Shown: in pieces, positions 12,791-27,289 of the stretch
Position numbering within the stretch: position 1 is the first letter of the stretch
How the letters are laid out: each line of letters opens with the position of its first letter
Source of the DNA: Octopus sinensis
Taxonomy: Eukaryota
DNA: 64,000 nt
Reading direction: 5' to 3'
Assembly: GCF_006345805.1 (NCBI RefSeq)
Contig: NC_043006.1
Span: forward strand, 5,208,001 to 5,272,000
Position numbers and translations under genes: made by a program
The notes under the pieces: generated by a model
Seen by the model: the letters and a program-made list of their open reading frames with translations, nothing else
What the model was told of the DNA's origin: nothing
Database searches by the model: none

Positions 12791-13162
12791 CTTACTTGTC
12801 ATTAGACGGCAGTCATGCTGGGGCACCGCTTTGAAGAATTTTTAGTCGAATGAATCCACCCTAGTGCTTCTTATTTTAAGCCTGGTATTTGTTCTATCGA
12901 TATCTCTTACCGGACCACTAAGTATCGGCGACATAGACACACCTACACCGGTTGTCAAGTGGTGATGGTGAACAAACACGGACAGAAAGACACACATTCA
13001 TGTATATATATAACGGGCTTCTTTCAGTTTCCGTCTACCAAATCTTCTCACAAGGCTTTGGTCGCCTGAGGCTATAATACAGGACAGTAGCCCAAGGTGC
13101 CACGTTGTGGAACTGAATCCGGAACCATGTGGTTGAGAAGAAAGCTTCTTACCACACAAGCA
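12791..13162 (-). mobile_element. SINE family B (CORE-like, internal microsatellite)
   Basis: Diverged reverse-complement match to 38070-38470. Confidence 0.8.
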
Positions 13163-14453
13163 CATGTGTGTGTGTGTCCGTGTAAGCATGCATGTATATG
13201 TATACACACACATCTTTGTGTTAGTGTTCGTCTGTCACTGAGTGTTGTTTTTGTTTACATCCCTCTTAAGTAGCAGTTCTTGGAAAGAGACCTAGAAAGT
13301 AAGTTCCAGATTTAAATAAGTCCTGGGGCCGATTTCATCCCACGACTGAAAGAACTAAAATCTTAAAACATCACACACTTAAACATTATTATTCTGAAGC
13401 CAGAAAGACGAAATCTGAATGAGACATTTATACTAAAATGTACATTTTAGAAATTCTTTGTCTTCTTACAAATATATATATGACAAGAAAATAGGACATC
13501 ACGGCGGATCACTGAAATCTAAATCTGTATGTTTACGTTCTTCATTGTCAACAATATGATTAGCTATTTGCCATCGTTAGACAACTGCAGAGTTTCTGTG
13601 CCGCAGGGGTTCAGGGAAATTTTTTCAAATGTCTCAACAGTATATAACTTAACAAAAGCGAACCCTGCTCAAATGGCATCCTGTGTTAGCTGCCAAGTGG
13701 TCACCAATAGTCTTCACAGTAGCTGACAATAAATTTATGGGTGTTACTTTCAAGAAATTCGTAGGGGTTCCTAATATTTCGAAGATCACTAAAACCTGCA
13801 GGATCGCTAAAAGACATAATATCTATAGCTGTGATACTGACCTGACATAAGATCCTGTCTTTCATGGCTTTGAAATACGTGGAGACCGCAGTAAAAAAAC
13901 TATATTTCGTGGGAGTTGGAATTCCAATATCGTGTCTCGCAGCATAATGTCAACGATGTAAATGTGTTGTCATTATTTTTGGCGCTGAAATATCATAAGT
14001 ATTTGACATGTTCCACTGTGACAAGCGGCTTGAAATCACAGGCGTACAAAAGTTATGACTCATGCTAGCTGACATGCAAAAGACGAGGAATTAAATGGCA
14101 GTTGCTATATCTCTATGCTCAGTCTTGTTTACAAAGAAAAAAAAAATTGTGGAAGTGTTGAAGATTTTATTTGAAGGAAAATTTATGTGCATTACGAAGC
14201 AAAAACAACTCCTTGGTCATCTTAGCCGAAGTTTGAGTCGTAGAATATGAAAAAAGAAACTTTGAAATAAGCCAATTAGTATTCATAACTTTTTTCTTAA
14301 TACACGTTTATTTGTTTTCCATACCTTCACGGAAACTTTTGAAATCGCCATAACATACTTGCGTTTAAAGATGGTTAATATTCAAACAGATTATCATCAT
14401 CAGATAATAAATATTATCATCTGTATCTATATTATCTGTGGCAATATTATTAA

Positions 14454-14850
14454 GGCAGCAAGCTGGCAGAAACGTTAGTACGCCGGGCGAAATGCCTAGC
14501 GGTATTTCGTCTGCCGTTACGTTCTGAGTTCAAATTCCGCCGAGGTCGACTTTGCCTTTCATCCTTTCGGGGTCGATAAATTAAGTACCAGTTACGACTG
14601 GGGTCGATGTAATTGACTTAATCCCTTTGTCTGTCCTTGTTTGTCCCCTCTATGTTTAGCCCCTTGTGGCCAATAAAGAAATAAGAATCGTTAGCATGCC
14701 GGGCAAAATGCTTTGCGGGATTTCGTCGGACTTTATGTTCTGAGTCCAAATTCTACCTTTGTCAACTTTGCCTTTCCTCCTTTCAGAGTCGATGAAATAA
14801 GTACCAGTCGAGCATTGTTGTCCATGTAATTGATTTAACTCTTCCCCGAA
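14454..14850 (+). mobile_element. SINE family A, dimer with a diverged second unit
   Basis: Two successive GTTCTGAGT..AAATTC...CTTTGCCTTTC cores. Confidence 0.8.
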
Positions 14851-15113
14851 GTTGCTGGTCTTATTATCACAATTTGTATTAACAATATTAACGTGCGGTC
14901 ATATCGTGTACTTCTATAGTTTGCTGTGTACGACATCCATATCTCAGAAGTCACTGACACTGACTTTTAAAATAATATCGTTTACCGATATTCTAATAAG
15001 TCTGAATCATAGGAAATTAACGAAATATTACGATTTAAAAAAATATGATTACACCCACTACACGCTTGTGTGTGTATATGTGAGTGTGTCTTTATCTGTC
15101 TGTCTGTATGTCT

Positions 15114-15316
15114 ATGTGACCGTGTGTGTATCGTTGGCAATTTTCTTTCTCCATCTTCCCTTCCTTGGGCTTTTCCTTTTTCTATGTTTCTGACGAAGAG
15201 CTCCGCTCGAAAAGTTAAATCCCCATTCTTTCCTTTCCTGAGCGTCCATTTAACACTATACTTGTACCACGTCCTCGTGTTGTTGTGTTTTCTCTTTGTT
15301 CATGTTTGGATTAACT
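15114..15316 (+). mobile_element. Family E element
   Basis: Same unit; HHR has GAAAAGTT instead of GAAACGTT. Confidence 0.8.
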
Positions 15317-15333
15317 ACACACACACACACACA

Positions 15334-15391
<58 letters not shown>

Positions 15392-16562
15392 TTACATCTG
15401 TACGTACGTATGAATATACATGCAAACACACACACACACCACACACACACACACACATTGATAATTCATTAAAACTCTGTAGGCAGACATTTACTAGATA
15501 ATTACTTTTGTAAACTGAAGGAAATTAGCTGAATGTATTGTAAAACTAGATCAAATATTAGACCTGTATATCTAAACTTAGAATGGTATTAACTTATTAT
15601 TGTGCCAGCATACAATTTCTATAGTGTAATAGTAACTGTGTTTAAAACACCACTGGACCATGGCGTGTTATGCTTGCGATAGCGTGTTACACCAGAATCA
15701 GTAAGTAAAACGAGCTTGTGAAGCTTATGTTTAATGCCTTGAATTAGTTCATCCGTAGTCTCTTGTCGTATCATTACTGTTGACGTAGTAATTTTATAGC
15801 ATTTACAATAAAGGAAGAGAGCTTACCAATATAAAAAGGAAGTTGTTATAGATTCAAGTTCCATACACTGCCATAATTTAACGCTTTGACTTATAATTAG
15901 ACGATGGCAGAAATATGATACCGCAAACTATCGTACAGAAAATATTTATTCTCGGAAGCCGTGACGGCTTGCTAATTTTGCAACAAACAATTTAGCAATC
16001 AATCAATCAATTATTTTACAGATATCCCAACGATATTTAAAAAAAATAATAACTGTCGTATTTTTCACATTTTCCTTCTCAACTCTTCAGTTGTCCACAA
16101 CATATAAAATTACTGAACTAAATCAAAGCAAAGCAAAAATGCTAAATGTAAAAATACTGAACTAATTCGTGGTCTTGAGGTATTACGTACGTAATATTTA
16201 CTTATGTAGACCATTCGAACTCCCTTAGATATAAAACCAATCATTACCAAATCCTACTTTTCTACATTGCACGAACCAACGAGGGAATGTGCCAGTGAGA
16301 AATAGCAGTCAAATTTCCATCAAATCGCATCACAAACCAAAAACAATATAGGTATTACAATGAGACAGGAAGATAATGACTGGGGTGTCATTGATTATAA
16401 ATTTGATCTGTCAGATATGACCCAGGGTGAAACAAAGACGAAAACAGCTTTACACTACATGAAGTGAGTGTCTTACTCTACAATAACTCGAGATTATTGC
16501 TCCCCTCCCCCATAATCTCATCTGTAACCGCGAGACGAAACTGTGAAGCATTCATTATATTT

Positions 16563-16977
16563 TATTTCTTTACTGCCCACAAGGGGCTAAACACAGAGGG
16601 GACAAACAAGGACAGACAAACGGATTAAGTCGATTATATCGACCCCAGTGCGTATCTGGTACTTATTTAATCGACCCCGAAAGGATGAAAGGCAAAGTCA
16701 ACCTCGGCGGAATTTGAACTCAGAACGTAACGGCTGACGAAATACCTATTTCTTTACTAACCACAAGGGGCTAAACACAGAAGGGACAAACAAGGGCAGA
16801 CAAACGGATTAAGTCTATTATATCGACCCCAGTACGTAACTGGTACTTATTTAATCGACCCCGAAAGGATGAAAGGAAAAATTGACCTCGGCGGAATTTG
16901 AACTCAGAACGTAGCGGCAGACGAAATACCGCTCAGCATTTCGCACAGTGTGCTAACATTTCTGCCAGCTCGTCGCC
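16563..16977 (-). mobile_element. SINE family A, dimer with 12-bp TSD
   Basis: Two units with a 184-bp period; TTCATTATATTT at 16551-16562 and 16978-16989. Confidence 0.9.
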
Positions 16978-19900
16978 TTCATTATATTTAAGTAACAAAG
17001 TCTTGACAAAAGCATGAACATCATATTTCTCATTCCCCACTGATGTATAAAGTCACTGTGCCCATTGAAAAAGAAAACATTTTTCTCTTTCATAAATGCT
17101 ATTTACAACAATAGCAGATATTTCAATGTAGAATGACATTGTTCAAGCTGAAAGGAACCCATGCAGTGCAGCATTTTGTAATATGTTCCATTTATGATGA
17201 TGTCATAGGATAATTCAATTAGCCAAAGCATATTTAATTATCAGAATGGAAAACAATATAAGTATGTTTGTGCGCCCTATAACATAATAGACTGATTGTA
17301 ATGATTTATCATTAACCTTGTAAGTATATAAAGCTATGTTTAAAGCATTGAAATCTTGAATAGTAGGAAATGTTATAAAATATTAAATAATTAAATTAGC
17401 TGGAAACGATTAGCTCTAAAGTTAGTAGCATCTGATTGCCAGTTAATGTGCTTTCTTGGGTCTTACGAGGGGATCGCTGTTAGGCTGTGATATACTCTTA
17501 GAATACTGGTTTACATTGCAAATTTGATTCCGGGTTGAGCTATTTTGTTTAATTTACATACAGGATCTCTGTTTGAGATGTTTGCAGAGACGTAGTAGCT
17601 CCGCTGGAGGCACTTACGGTGTTCCCTTCGTAGTAAAACGTCCATCTTTAATTTCTACTTGAAACCCATTTCTCACCTGTGGTTCCAAGAAGCTGTAGTG
17701 TGCCAAGAGACCAGGTACCGACAAACCGATTAAAGAGATGGACTAAACCAGTTGAGAGCAGCCGATTCCCTCAGACTCTTGGTGGATCAAAGTGTATCTT
17801 CTACTTCAGCATCTGAAAATTGATTCCGGTGGATTGTTGGAACGAAAACAAGTGTGGAACCAACTTCAAAAAGGTAAGGTGGTTTCAGTACGAAGCGTAG
17901 AAAGCTAAAAGTATGACGAGACACTAAATTCGTTCATGTCGTAGTTTTTGTTTCCTTTAGCCGGTTGGTTGAAAGTATGCGCAACAAGCAGAAAAGAAAC
18001 GAAGAGATGAATCCTCCCAAGAAATATTTCTTAACCGAAAGAGATCAAGTCTTTATATATTTTCCTCTTTTGTTTGTATCTGTAGAATTATCTGTCATGA
18101 GTAAATGACAGTTTAATGTGTATACTTATATTTGTGGTTGCTTTACATATGGCTAATATCCCCAGGACACGGGGAAGCGGGAAGACCAAAAATGGCTTGA
18201 AAGTCATAACATGCCGGCGGGAAATAACATCACTAGGTGAGACAAGCTGACACTGAATCAGCTTCGCTGACTGACAGGTGACGGTCGTTTAGAGAATGCG
18301 CGGGCTAAGACTACGCACCTTCACTAGTCAGTTAAGGTGAGACAGTGTCACGTGACAACTTGCTGGGGCTGCCTGCTGAAGCCTTTGCGGCAGGTATTTA
18401 AAGGGAAAAGTTTGACAAGTCAGTCAGTCACCGGCTGACATTCATTGATGCAGCATCGAAGAGGCCAGGGAACAGGAGAGAGAAGACATGCAACCAACAC
18501 CAGAGCTGAAGACACCTCCGAAAGGGGGGGGCACGTCAAAACGGTAGAGGAGTAGGGGCCGGACGTGGTTCCTCCTGATGATGTCTTGAGCTAACTGGAT
18601 CCTATAAAGGAGCTGCTGTGGTAGCAGACCACGAAACACGGTTGTAATTCCTTCCTGTCGAATGGTTTCTGATAGTGAATCTATGGCGTTCTGAAACACT
18701 GCAGCATAAGTTCTACTCTTAAAATTTCAGATGCTTATTCATCGACTGCACAAGACTGATCCCAATAACACTTCTACAAAGAGTATATGCATTTACTATT
18801 GTAGTAACGTGTTTAAGTTATATTCTCACCTGGATGCTAAGTTCATTAGCAAAACTAGACTGATAAAAGATATATAATGAATTCTTTTACAGAATATCTC
18901 CCAAACATTGACATAGAAAAATTATATTTGTTACGAATACTGAACGGTAAGGGTCGTGTGAAACTACAAAGATATTATGAAAAATTCACAATAGCACTTT
19001 CAAACTATTTCTTTAAGAACAATGGAAAACTAATGTAAATAACTAGAAAACAAGAATAAGATAACTTCTTGGAAACCTAAAACAGAGACTGAAGGTTCAC
19101 TCTGTTATGAAAGAAAAAAAGGAAGAAAAAGAACTTGTAAAAACTGGGGCTAAAAAGTACCTAAATGTAGGAGAGAGTTATATGAGAAAGATTAAAAAAA
19201 CACACACCATGTGGAATTGGGTGTATTTAAAGGGTACCTTGTTTATTATAGGGTGGAATCATTTGATGACATCTTTAGATTGGCAACTTCGTTGTGTTGC
19301 CATGAATAACTGATCTTCATGTCTAGCATTCACTTAGGGGTAACAAATATGTCTTATTTGTGTTAGGAAATTTCTGGTTATGTTTGTGGTAATTTTTATG
19401 GTGAGCAGTAGATTAGAACCGGAAAACTTGTCTTTTCTCAGTCGTATTGTACTCTGTGGTGGATAGGGTTTATCTCTCACTCTCTCTCTTGTTTTCATGA
19501 AAGCCACTCCTAGATAACACATTAACTTAATAGAGGGATCTCGAGAACAGATCAAAGATACTCCTCTTAATTCAGCCAAAGCTTTTCCAATTAGGGATGA
19601 TGGGTGGTTGTAATTGATATGAATTTAAAATACTTGCCTTCTTTAAATTTAATGTTATTTCAAGGAAGATTTAATTGTTATGATAGTGATAAAAGATATG
19701 TTTAAGCCAAATTCCTTAAATACTCTTTTTTAATATCCTTTGAACCTGTCTTTTGTGTCGATATTTATATTATACGAGCTGTCACAGCTAGGAGTGGTGA
19801 TGTTGGTACACATCCAGAGTGTTTCGAGGGTGAACAATTTCATAAGACCTACCACCTTTACCACATCATATCTTCTTTTAGAGAAACCGAACAATAAGCA

Positions 19901-21178
19901 ATCTTCCCTTTGAACCAATAGAAGATCTCGGAATATAACAATGAGTTCCTTCCTTTTATTATGATCTTAAGTCGTTCAGTGTTGAATTCTCTTCCAAATT
20001 CTATAGCATTTGGGGCATTAGGGAGGAAACATAAAATCGTTAAAAGCATCAAGCTTTATCTTAATGGTATCTGAAACTGTAAAATTGCAGATCATCAAGC
20101 AACTTTTAATAACTGTTAAGAAGAGAGAGAACGTCACCGGCAAAGGATCCATTTTGAAATCTTTCAAAAATCATAAACTCTTGAATGTCAAAACCCATAG
20201 AAATTATCTCAAAACGTCCGAGTTTAGCATCGTTGAGCAATTGTCTTGAAGTTATAAAATCTGAGTGGCCTCTCGCTATTTACTCAATTGTTCATAAGCA
20301 GTAACTCTGAAAACCGCAAGATATTCAACCGCATCATCAGCCCTAAGCAATGAGAACCAAGCGTACAAGTGCATCAAAAGGCATAACGCTTTCCTTTTTT
20401 CGCAATATCACATGAAAAATCACTTCAGTTTAGCTCCCGAGGCTATACTGAAGTGAAGTCATCTACTAGGCTATACTGGAGTCATCTACTAGAACCCTGG
20501 CCGACCAAGGCTTGTGAGAGAATTTGGTAAATGTTAGCTTTTCCGTAGCCCGTCGCATACATATATACAAGCATAAATTGCATGCATGCATACATGCACA
20601 CATACATAAATACATACATATACAGACGCATATTTTCAAACTATATAAAGGTAAACTTAAATTCTGTAATTAATATTTCAAAATATCTTCTTCATGGCAC
20701 GGTACTTACAAAATCCCTTATGTAATTGTAATATGATGTAAGGATTATTGTAACAGCTGTAGGGATGTATACATTGTAACATAACTCTGCGTTTGTACTT
20801 GCACTACTTGGCAAGAAGTGTTATTTTGTTTATATCCCCGTAACTAAGTGGCTCGGCAAAAAGACCGATAGAATAAATACTAGATATAACAAGAAGTACT
20901 GAGATCGATTTGTTCGCCCAACCCATCAAGCTGGTACCCAGTTCCGTGAATGAAACAAATGAAAGATAAAAGCTGCATAAAAGAAAGATTAAGCACAAAC
21001 AGCAGGTTAACTGCACAGGACAAGACACGAACATGGAAACCAGATTTTTTAAAATCAACTGTTGACTAAGGACTCGAGACACTTTCGGAACGTTATCGAC
21101 AGGATTTCTCACTTCATACATAGATACATAAACACATACACATACATACAAACATACATACATACATACATACATACA

Positions 21179-21210
<32 letters not shown>

Positions 21211-22166
21211 CATGCATATATATACATATATAAAATTATACATACGTACATATATATATATACACACATTCACACACACACAAATTACCACAGTCCTCGG
21301 CTAATTTTTCTCTTAAAACAAAGAGGTGTTGATCATTTAAAGGTTTTATACATTGAAATTATTAGATCTGTAGAAGTCCCCAAATATGTAAAAAGAAGTG
21401 AAAAAACAGGTAAGAAGTGTTTGTTGCTTAGGTGCATACATACACACATAAAAAATTAATAAATATATATATGCATATACGCATATATATACAGCTACAT
21501 TGCATATGTGAATATTTCTATCAGTTAGGTAGATAATATTTGCGAACAGCTATAGCCAACCCTACAGTATTTTAAATCCATATAAAAAACACACATTTAT
21601 ACCGATAATTGTTGGTGCATTAGGGTATGTGAGAAAATGTTCAACTAATAAACGTGCAAAGCTAAGTATTTTAGACAAAGGTCTAAGTATTTTAGACCAT
21701 CAAATATCACTTCAAAAATATGACCGCTGAGCAGAGAAGAGTGTGAGATTTTTACTATTTAATTCATCAGATTTACTGCTTTCTTATTTTCTTAAACAAT
21801 AGATGAGAAGTCATTCAGATTTTGGCATGTTTTCGTTAAAATCTCTGTAAAATGTAGACAAGACGTAAGATCCGGTACACGGAAAAAGAAAATGAAACTT
21901 TAAGATAATGTTAAAAGATAACACAAAAGGAGAATATCTCTACCAAAGTAAATACAACACTGGGACTAAATTTTAGTTTTGAATCAACTTCTTCAGGACC
22001 AAGTTTGAGAAACTGGGCTTCACTAAACCAGAAAGGACACAAACTATTAACTGTGAAATTTCTAAATGCATTGCAAAAGTTTAGCCTATAATAGATATAC
22101 AAACGTGTATGTATTTACATACGAGTATGCATACATACTCAGACATATTACACCCCACACACATAT

Positions 22167-22222
<56 letters not shown>

Positions 22223-22320
22223 AGTGTATGTGTGTTTGTGCGAATTCTTATTTATACCTACATACATGCATACATACAGACAGACATATATACAGGCTTA
22301 CATATAGACATACGTATAAA

Positions 22321-22551
22321 GGCGGCGAGCTGGCAGAAACGTTAGCACGCCGGGCGAAATGCGTAGCCGTATTTCGTCTGTCGTTACGTTCTGAGTTCAA
22401 ATTCTGCCGAGGTCGACTTTGCCTTTCAACCTTTTGGGATTGATAAATAAAGTACCTGTTTAGCAGTGGGATCGATGTAATCGACTTAATCCCTTTGTCT
22501 GTCCTTGTTTGTCTTCTCTATGTTTAGCTCCTTGTGGGCAGTAAAGAAATA
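22321..22551 (+). mobile_element. SINE family A, monomer
   Basis: Match to family A. Confidence 0.9.
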
Positions 22552-23134
22552 TATATACATACATATACACACGCCAGTCACACATGAGTACGCACCACAC
22601 ACGCATATACACATAAATTCATACAAAGTACTTCGACTAATCAAGAACCGAGACACTTATTCAAATAAATGTTGATTTATTTTAAACCCGGTGCCTCGTG
22701 TTTCACCTGAGGGAAATCTAGTTTCTATAGTGACACTCAGAAGAAATAATCTAGTTTTGAATTATCAAGTATATAGACTTTCTTTGAGAAAAAAAATGTC
22801 ACATCTTGATTGGCGAAAATAAAGAAAATTTGCTCTCCGTTTGTGCCATCATGACGCGGGAAATCCACTTTCTGTTAGGTTAGCGTTACAACGACAGAGA
22901 TAATAATTGATTAACAATTTAAACATCAAGGATTCAAAGTTAAACACTTTTCATTCTGAACTGTTAAGATCACAAATATTTTATCAACTTCCTCTTCACG
23001 CGTATCATTCTATTACTCCCTGACATAGTTTCGTCTATATCTGAAAGCCCATGTCAACAACTTTGACCACCGCTACTTTTGACATATATGTGACAAATTA
23101 AAATAAAAAAACAAATTTGCATCAATATTGCATA

Positions 23135-23299
23135 GGCGTAACTGTGGGATAGGAAGCTTGTTTCAGCAATCACATGGTTCCAGGTTCAGTCCTACTTCGT
23201 GAGACCTTGAGTAAATGCGTTCTACTAAAGCCCCGGCCCGATCAAAGCCTAGTGAGTGGATTTGGTAGACGGAAGCGGAAAGAAGCCCGTCCTATATGC

Positions 23300-23330
<31 letters not shown>

Positions 23331-23364
23331 TGTATGTATGTATGTATGTATGTATGTATGTATG

Positions 23365-23414
<50 letters not shown>

Positions 23415-23773
23415 TACACAGAGACAGAAACATAAACACACACACATATATATATGTATATATGTACATACATACATACATACATACATATATTCATACA
23501 CACATACATATGTATATATGTATACACCTCTGTGTTTGTCTTTGTGTATGTATTTGTCCCCCCCACCACCACCACCACCGTTGGTTTGTCGACCGGTGCT
23601 GATTTGTTTATATCCGCGTATCTTAACGGTTCGGCAAAAGAAACCGACAGAATAACTACCAGGCTTTAAAAAATAAGGCCTGGGGTTGATTTGCTCGACT
23701 AAAATCCTTCAAGGCTGTGGTGCCCCAGCATGGCTACAATCAAATGACTAAAACTAGTAAAAGATTAAAGATT
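23135..23773 (+). mobile_element. SINE family B with greatly expanded internal microsatellite
   Basis: 5' half (CCTTGAGTAAATG, GTGGATTTGGTAGACGGAA) and 3' half (CGGTTCGGCAAAAG, GTGCCCCAGCATGG) separated by ~270 bp of SSR. Confidence 0.85.
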
Positions 23774-23896
23774 GCCGAGGTTAAGTTATCTCCCTTTTTA
23801 TACTGACATTTTAAAGATCCTCTTCTTTATTTCTGTTTTAACTAAAATGTCTCAGAAATAATTCAAAATGTCAAGAATATAATATTATATATATAT

Positions 23897-23951
<55 letters not shown>

Positions 23952-24307
23952 TATATATACATATATTATGTTAGTTCTTGTGACATGTAGTACCGAGTAG
24001 ATTCATGTTGAATTAATTAATTCGCTGATGACATCGTATTTCTCAGACGATTGCTATGATTGATATTTATGTCATATAAAGATAATTGGATTAAGAATTA
24101 CATATTTTAATTATTGGCTTCATATACATAAGTTCATAAATTTAAGAGAGGATAATGAGCTCTTAGATATTCATGTTTCCTCGAAGGTATTTCAGACGTT
24201 AATAAAATTATGGTATTGGGAATTTAATCTTACGGCAGATCAAGATTAGAGGGAAGGTTTTTAACCCTTCCACGGTGTTTGATACCTATTCTAATTACTA
24301 GCTCCAA

Positions 24308-24495
24308 ATTGTAGCACAAGGCCAGCAATTTCTCTAGAAGTAGGTGAGTCGATTCAACAGGTACTTTTTTTATCGCCCCAAAAGGATGAAGAGCAAAGTC
24401 GACATGCGCGCCATTTGAACTCAGACCGTAAAGACAAATGAAATGCCGCAAAGCACTTTACCCAACATACTAACGATTCTGCCAGCTCACCGCCT
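24308..24495 (-). mobile_element. SINE family A, older copy with alternative tail
   Basis: Diverged reverse-complement match with GGCCTTGTGCTACAA tail. Confidence 0.75.
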
Positions 24496-25115
24496 GACAC
24501 ATTCTAATTATTAATTTCGTTGGGTTAGGCTGTAGTGAAATAGATCAAACCCATTTACGGCATTTATGGCAGTCATTTTATTCCAGAAATATGGAAGCCA
24601 AAGTGGACAATAACGTTGTCCAACATAATCAATCATGTTTTCCCCCATTATTTTTAGACAAAGACTGATTTCTTCTATTGTGACATAAATTCTTGAATTT
24701 ATGCGAGAAATGGGATTTTGTGGCACTTATAACTTTCAACGTGTCATTTAACAACCTGTTAACTCATAAAATTGTGCATTTACGTCTTAGGGAGATTAGT
24801 GCTCAGAAACAAGACGCACTTGCGTGCGTGTAGTAGAGAGAGAGAGAGATGGAAAAAAGAGAGAGGGAGAGATAGAGAGAGAGGGGGAAGAGAGAGAGAG
24901 AGGGTGAGATAAATAGATAGAGATATATAAATATATCGAATGGGAGAAAGAGAGAGAGGGAGAGAGAGAAAGAAAGAGAAAGGGAGAGAGAGAAAAAGAA
25001 AGAGAAAGAGAGGGAAAGAAAGAGAGAGAGGGAGAGATAGATAGAGAGAGATATATATATAAATAGATCAATGAAAGAGAGTGCGAAAGACAGATATATT
25101 GATAGATAGATAAAT

Positions 25116-25146
<31 letters not shown>

Positions 25147-25399
25147 GTATTTAGTACAACATTCCACGGTTTTGGGGAGATATATAAAGGGCTATAGTAA
25201 GCTGTAACTTCTTTCCCGACCGAGGTCCATTTACAGCTAGGTCGACTGATCTAGCGATGATTAAGTGTGTTCACCTCATATATCCAACACATGGAAACGA
25301 CGTAAAGAGGATATGAAAGAGTGATTCTGTTGTTAGCAATACAACACTCTTCTACATAAAACCATTATTTCAAATAAGTAGTTTACAAAAATACCGAAA

Positions 25400-25980
25400 A
25401 GATATTTTGCCAACGATTTCTATTAATATTTATTGTGTTTCTATAAGTTTATGATTTAAAAGTACGAATACACTTCATAAGTTTCAGAAATATTGTGGAG
25501 TATAAATACAGTGGCGAAGGGTAATTGTGCAAAAGAAGAGAGCAAAAGGAAGTGTTCTGAAAGACCGTTCCAAAAAGGAAGTGGTGTTAGAAAAGAATTG
25601 CCAGAGTTCAAGAAAATCTGTACGACAAGCAAGAAACGGAGCACAACTTTTGTAGAAACACGATTCTTTTAATTCATGTCTTCAAAAGATTTGGATCCAA
25701 CTTTTAGAGATGCTTTCTTCCTCTGAAACTGTATGGATAATAAGGCGTCGATCCTCACAGATCACAATACAGATTTCGTAAATTGACGGTTGTTCGATGT
25801 CGAGAAATGTCTTCGAGATTAGAACGAGTTTTCTTTTGATGTTCTTCCCGATTTAAAATGACGATACCATTCTAGACAAACAATCTTCCGCTAAGACCCA
25901 TTAGAAAAGTTTCCCTAAAAGTTTTCTCCAAATGCAAACACAATTTCACCCAACAAGTTTTATTGTTCAACTTTGATAAA
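25400..25980 (-). pseudogene. Possible, heavily decayed Penelope-like RT fragment
   Basis: GIVILNREEHQKKTRSNLED resembles the PLE KGxxxVILxxxDYxxK motif; downstream motifs are weak. Confidence 0.35.
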
Positions 25981-26336
25981 TCTATAGAAAACATAGATTC
26001 ACTCTTCACTAAACTTACATTCACTCTAACCCATGAGATCGATGATTAATTGTATAATGATTAAACTAAAATCCAACGCCACCTACGCAATGTAATGCAG
26101 TCAGAAGCACCTAGTTGCTGCACCGTTTTAAAAGTCTGATTTCTTTCTTGGATAGGTCACGTATGTGATGTGAGTTCGATTCTTTCAGAGGATTCACTGT
26201 TGGGTTATTTTTTCAGTATCGATATATCATATCGTACAATATATATAGTATCTAAAGCGTCGTTGGGAAGAGATTTCAAGCGTAACCATTGTCATGGTAG
26301 TTTTTGCATATATGTATTATATATATATATATATAC

Positions 26337-26510
26337 TTTATTTAAAGCAGCAGAAAATTTTGCTGGAAAAAACTGTCCGATGAACGGCAACGGGAAACTC
26401 AGAGTAACAGGTTTTGTTGAATTTTCTGCTGCTTAAATAAAGCATATTACTCTACCACTGGTATTGAGTACTCTTTTTTCCACCTTGTTTCACATTTATG
26501 TGTTTACTCC

Positions 26511-26515
<5 letters not shown>
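26337..26515. mobile_element. Family I TA-embedded element with partial inverted repeat
   Basis: CTTTATTTAAAGCAGCAGAAAATT (26337-26360) inverted at ~26420-26443; segments recur at ~11522-11590. Confidence 0.65.
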
Positions 26516-26552
<37 letters not shown>

Positions 26553-26907
26553 AATATATATATATTATATAGACATAACCGTATGCAGCATCATACACAT
26601 ACGTAACAAAGATATACAGAGATGATATACACGCGCACGTACATAATTGACGCTAAGTAACTGAAGAAGGGAGGACTCGAGACAAGAGAATTAATTCGCT
26701 AATAGAATTTAAGTGAAAATGCTGGAACCATTGGTTTCATGTTTGTGACGAATGTATTTTCCCAACAATTGTGCAACTAAAAATGCAAAAAATGGTTGGC
26801 GAAAGCATATATATATATGTGTGTGTGTGTGTGTATTTATATATATAATATATATATATGTTGTACATATATACAACACAAACATAAATACGTATATTAT
26901 ATATATT

Positions 26908-26950
<43 letters not shown>

Positions 26951-27289
26951 CCATATATACATATATATACATCTATGTATGAATACATAGATAGATAGAC
27001 AGATATAGTGTCATACCCGTTTGAGCACCCAGAGCGCATGCCTATTAGTCTGAGTCACCCTGACGAAAACTCGTATCTTTTATAGATATACATAAATGAA
27101 TATATGCACATACATACATTCATGTATACATACGTACTTATAATCATATATATGTTTGTATATGTGTATATGTAAAAGTGTGAATGTACATACTTATGAA
27201 TGAATATTCATATGATCGTTTCCATCTGAGCACGCACATTTACAAAACATGCAAAACGACATATACACATAAGCCCTTAAATGTATATT

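Noticed and set aside
18710-20250. Long non-SSR block that may be a decayed LINE ORF2 on the minus strand
   Set aside because: Only vague motif resemblance; needs a frameshift-aware protein search.
24010-24055. GAATTAATTAATTC palindrome, then CTGATGA with an ATCGT/ACGAT stem
   Set aside because: GAAA missing after the stem; at most a decayed remnant.
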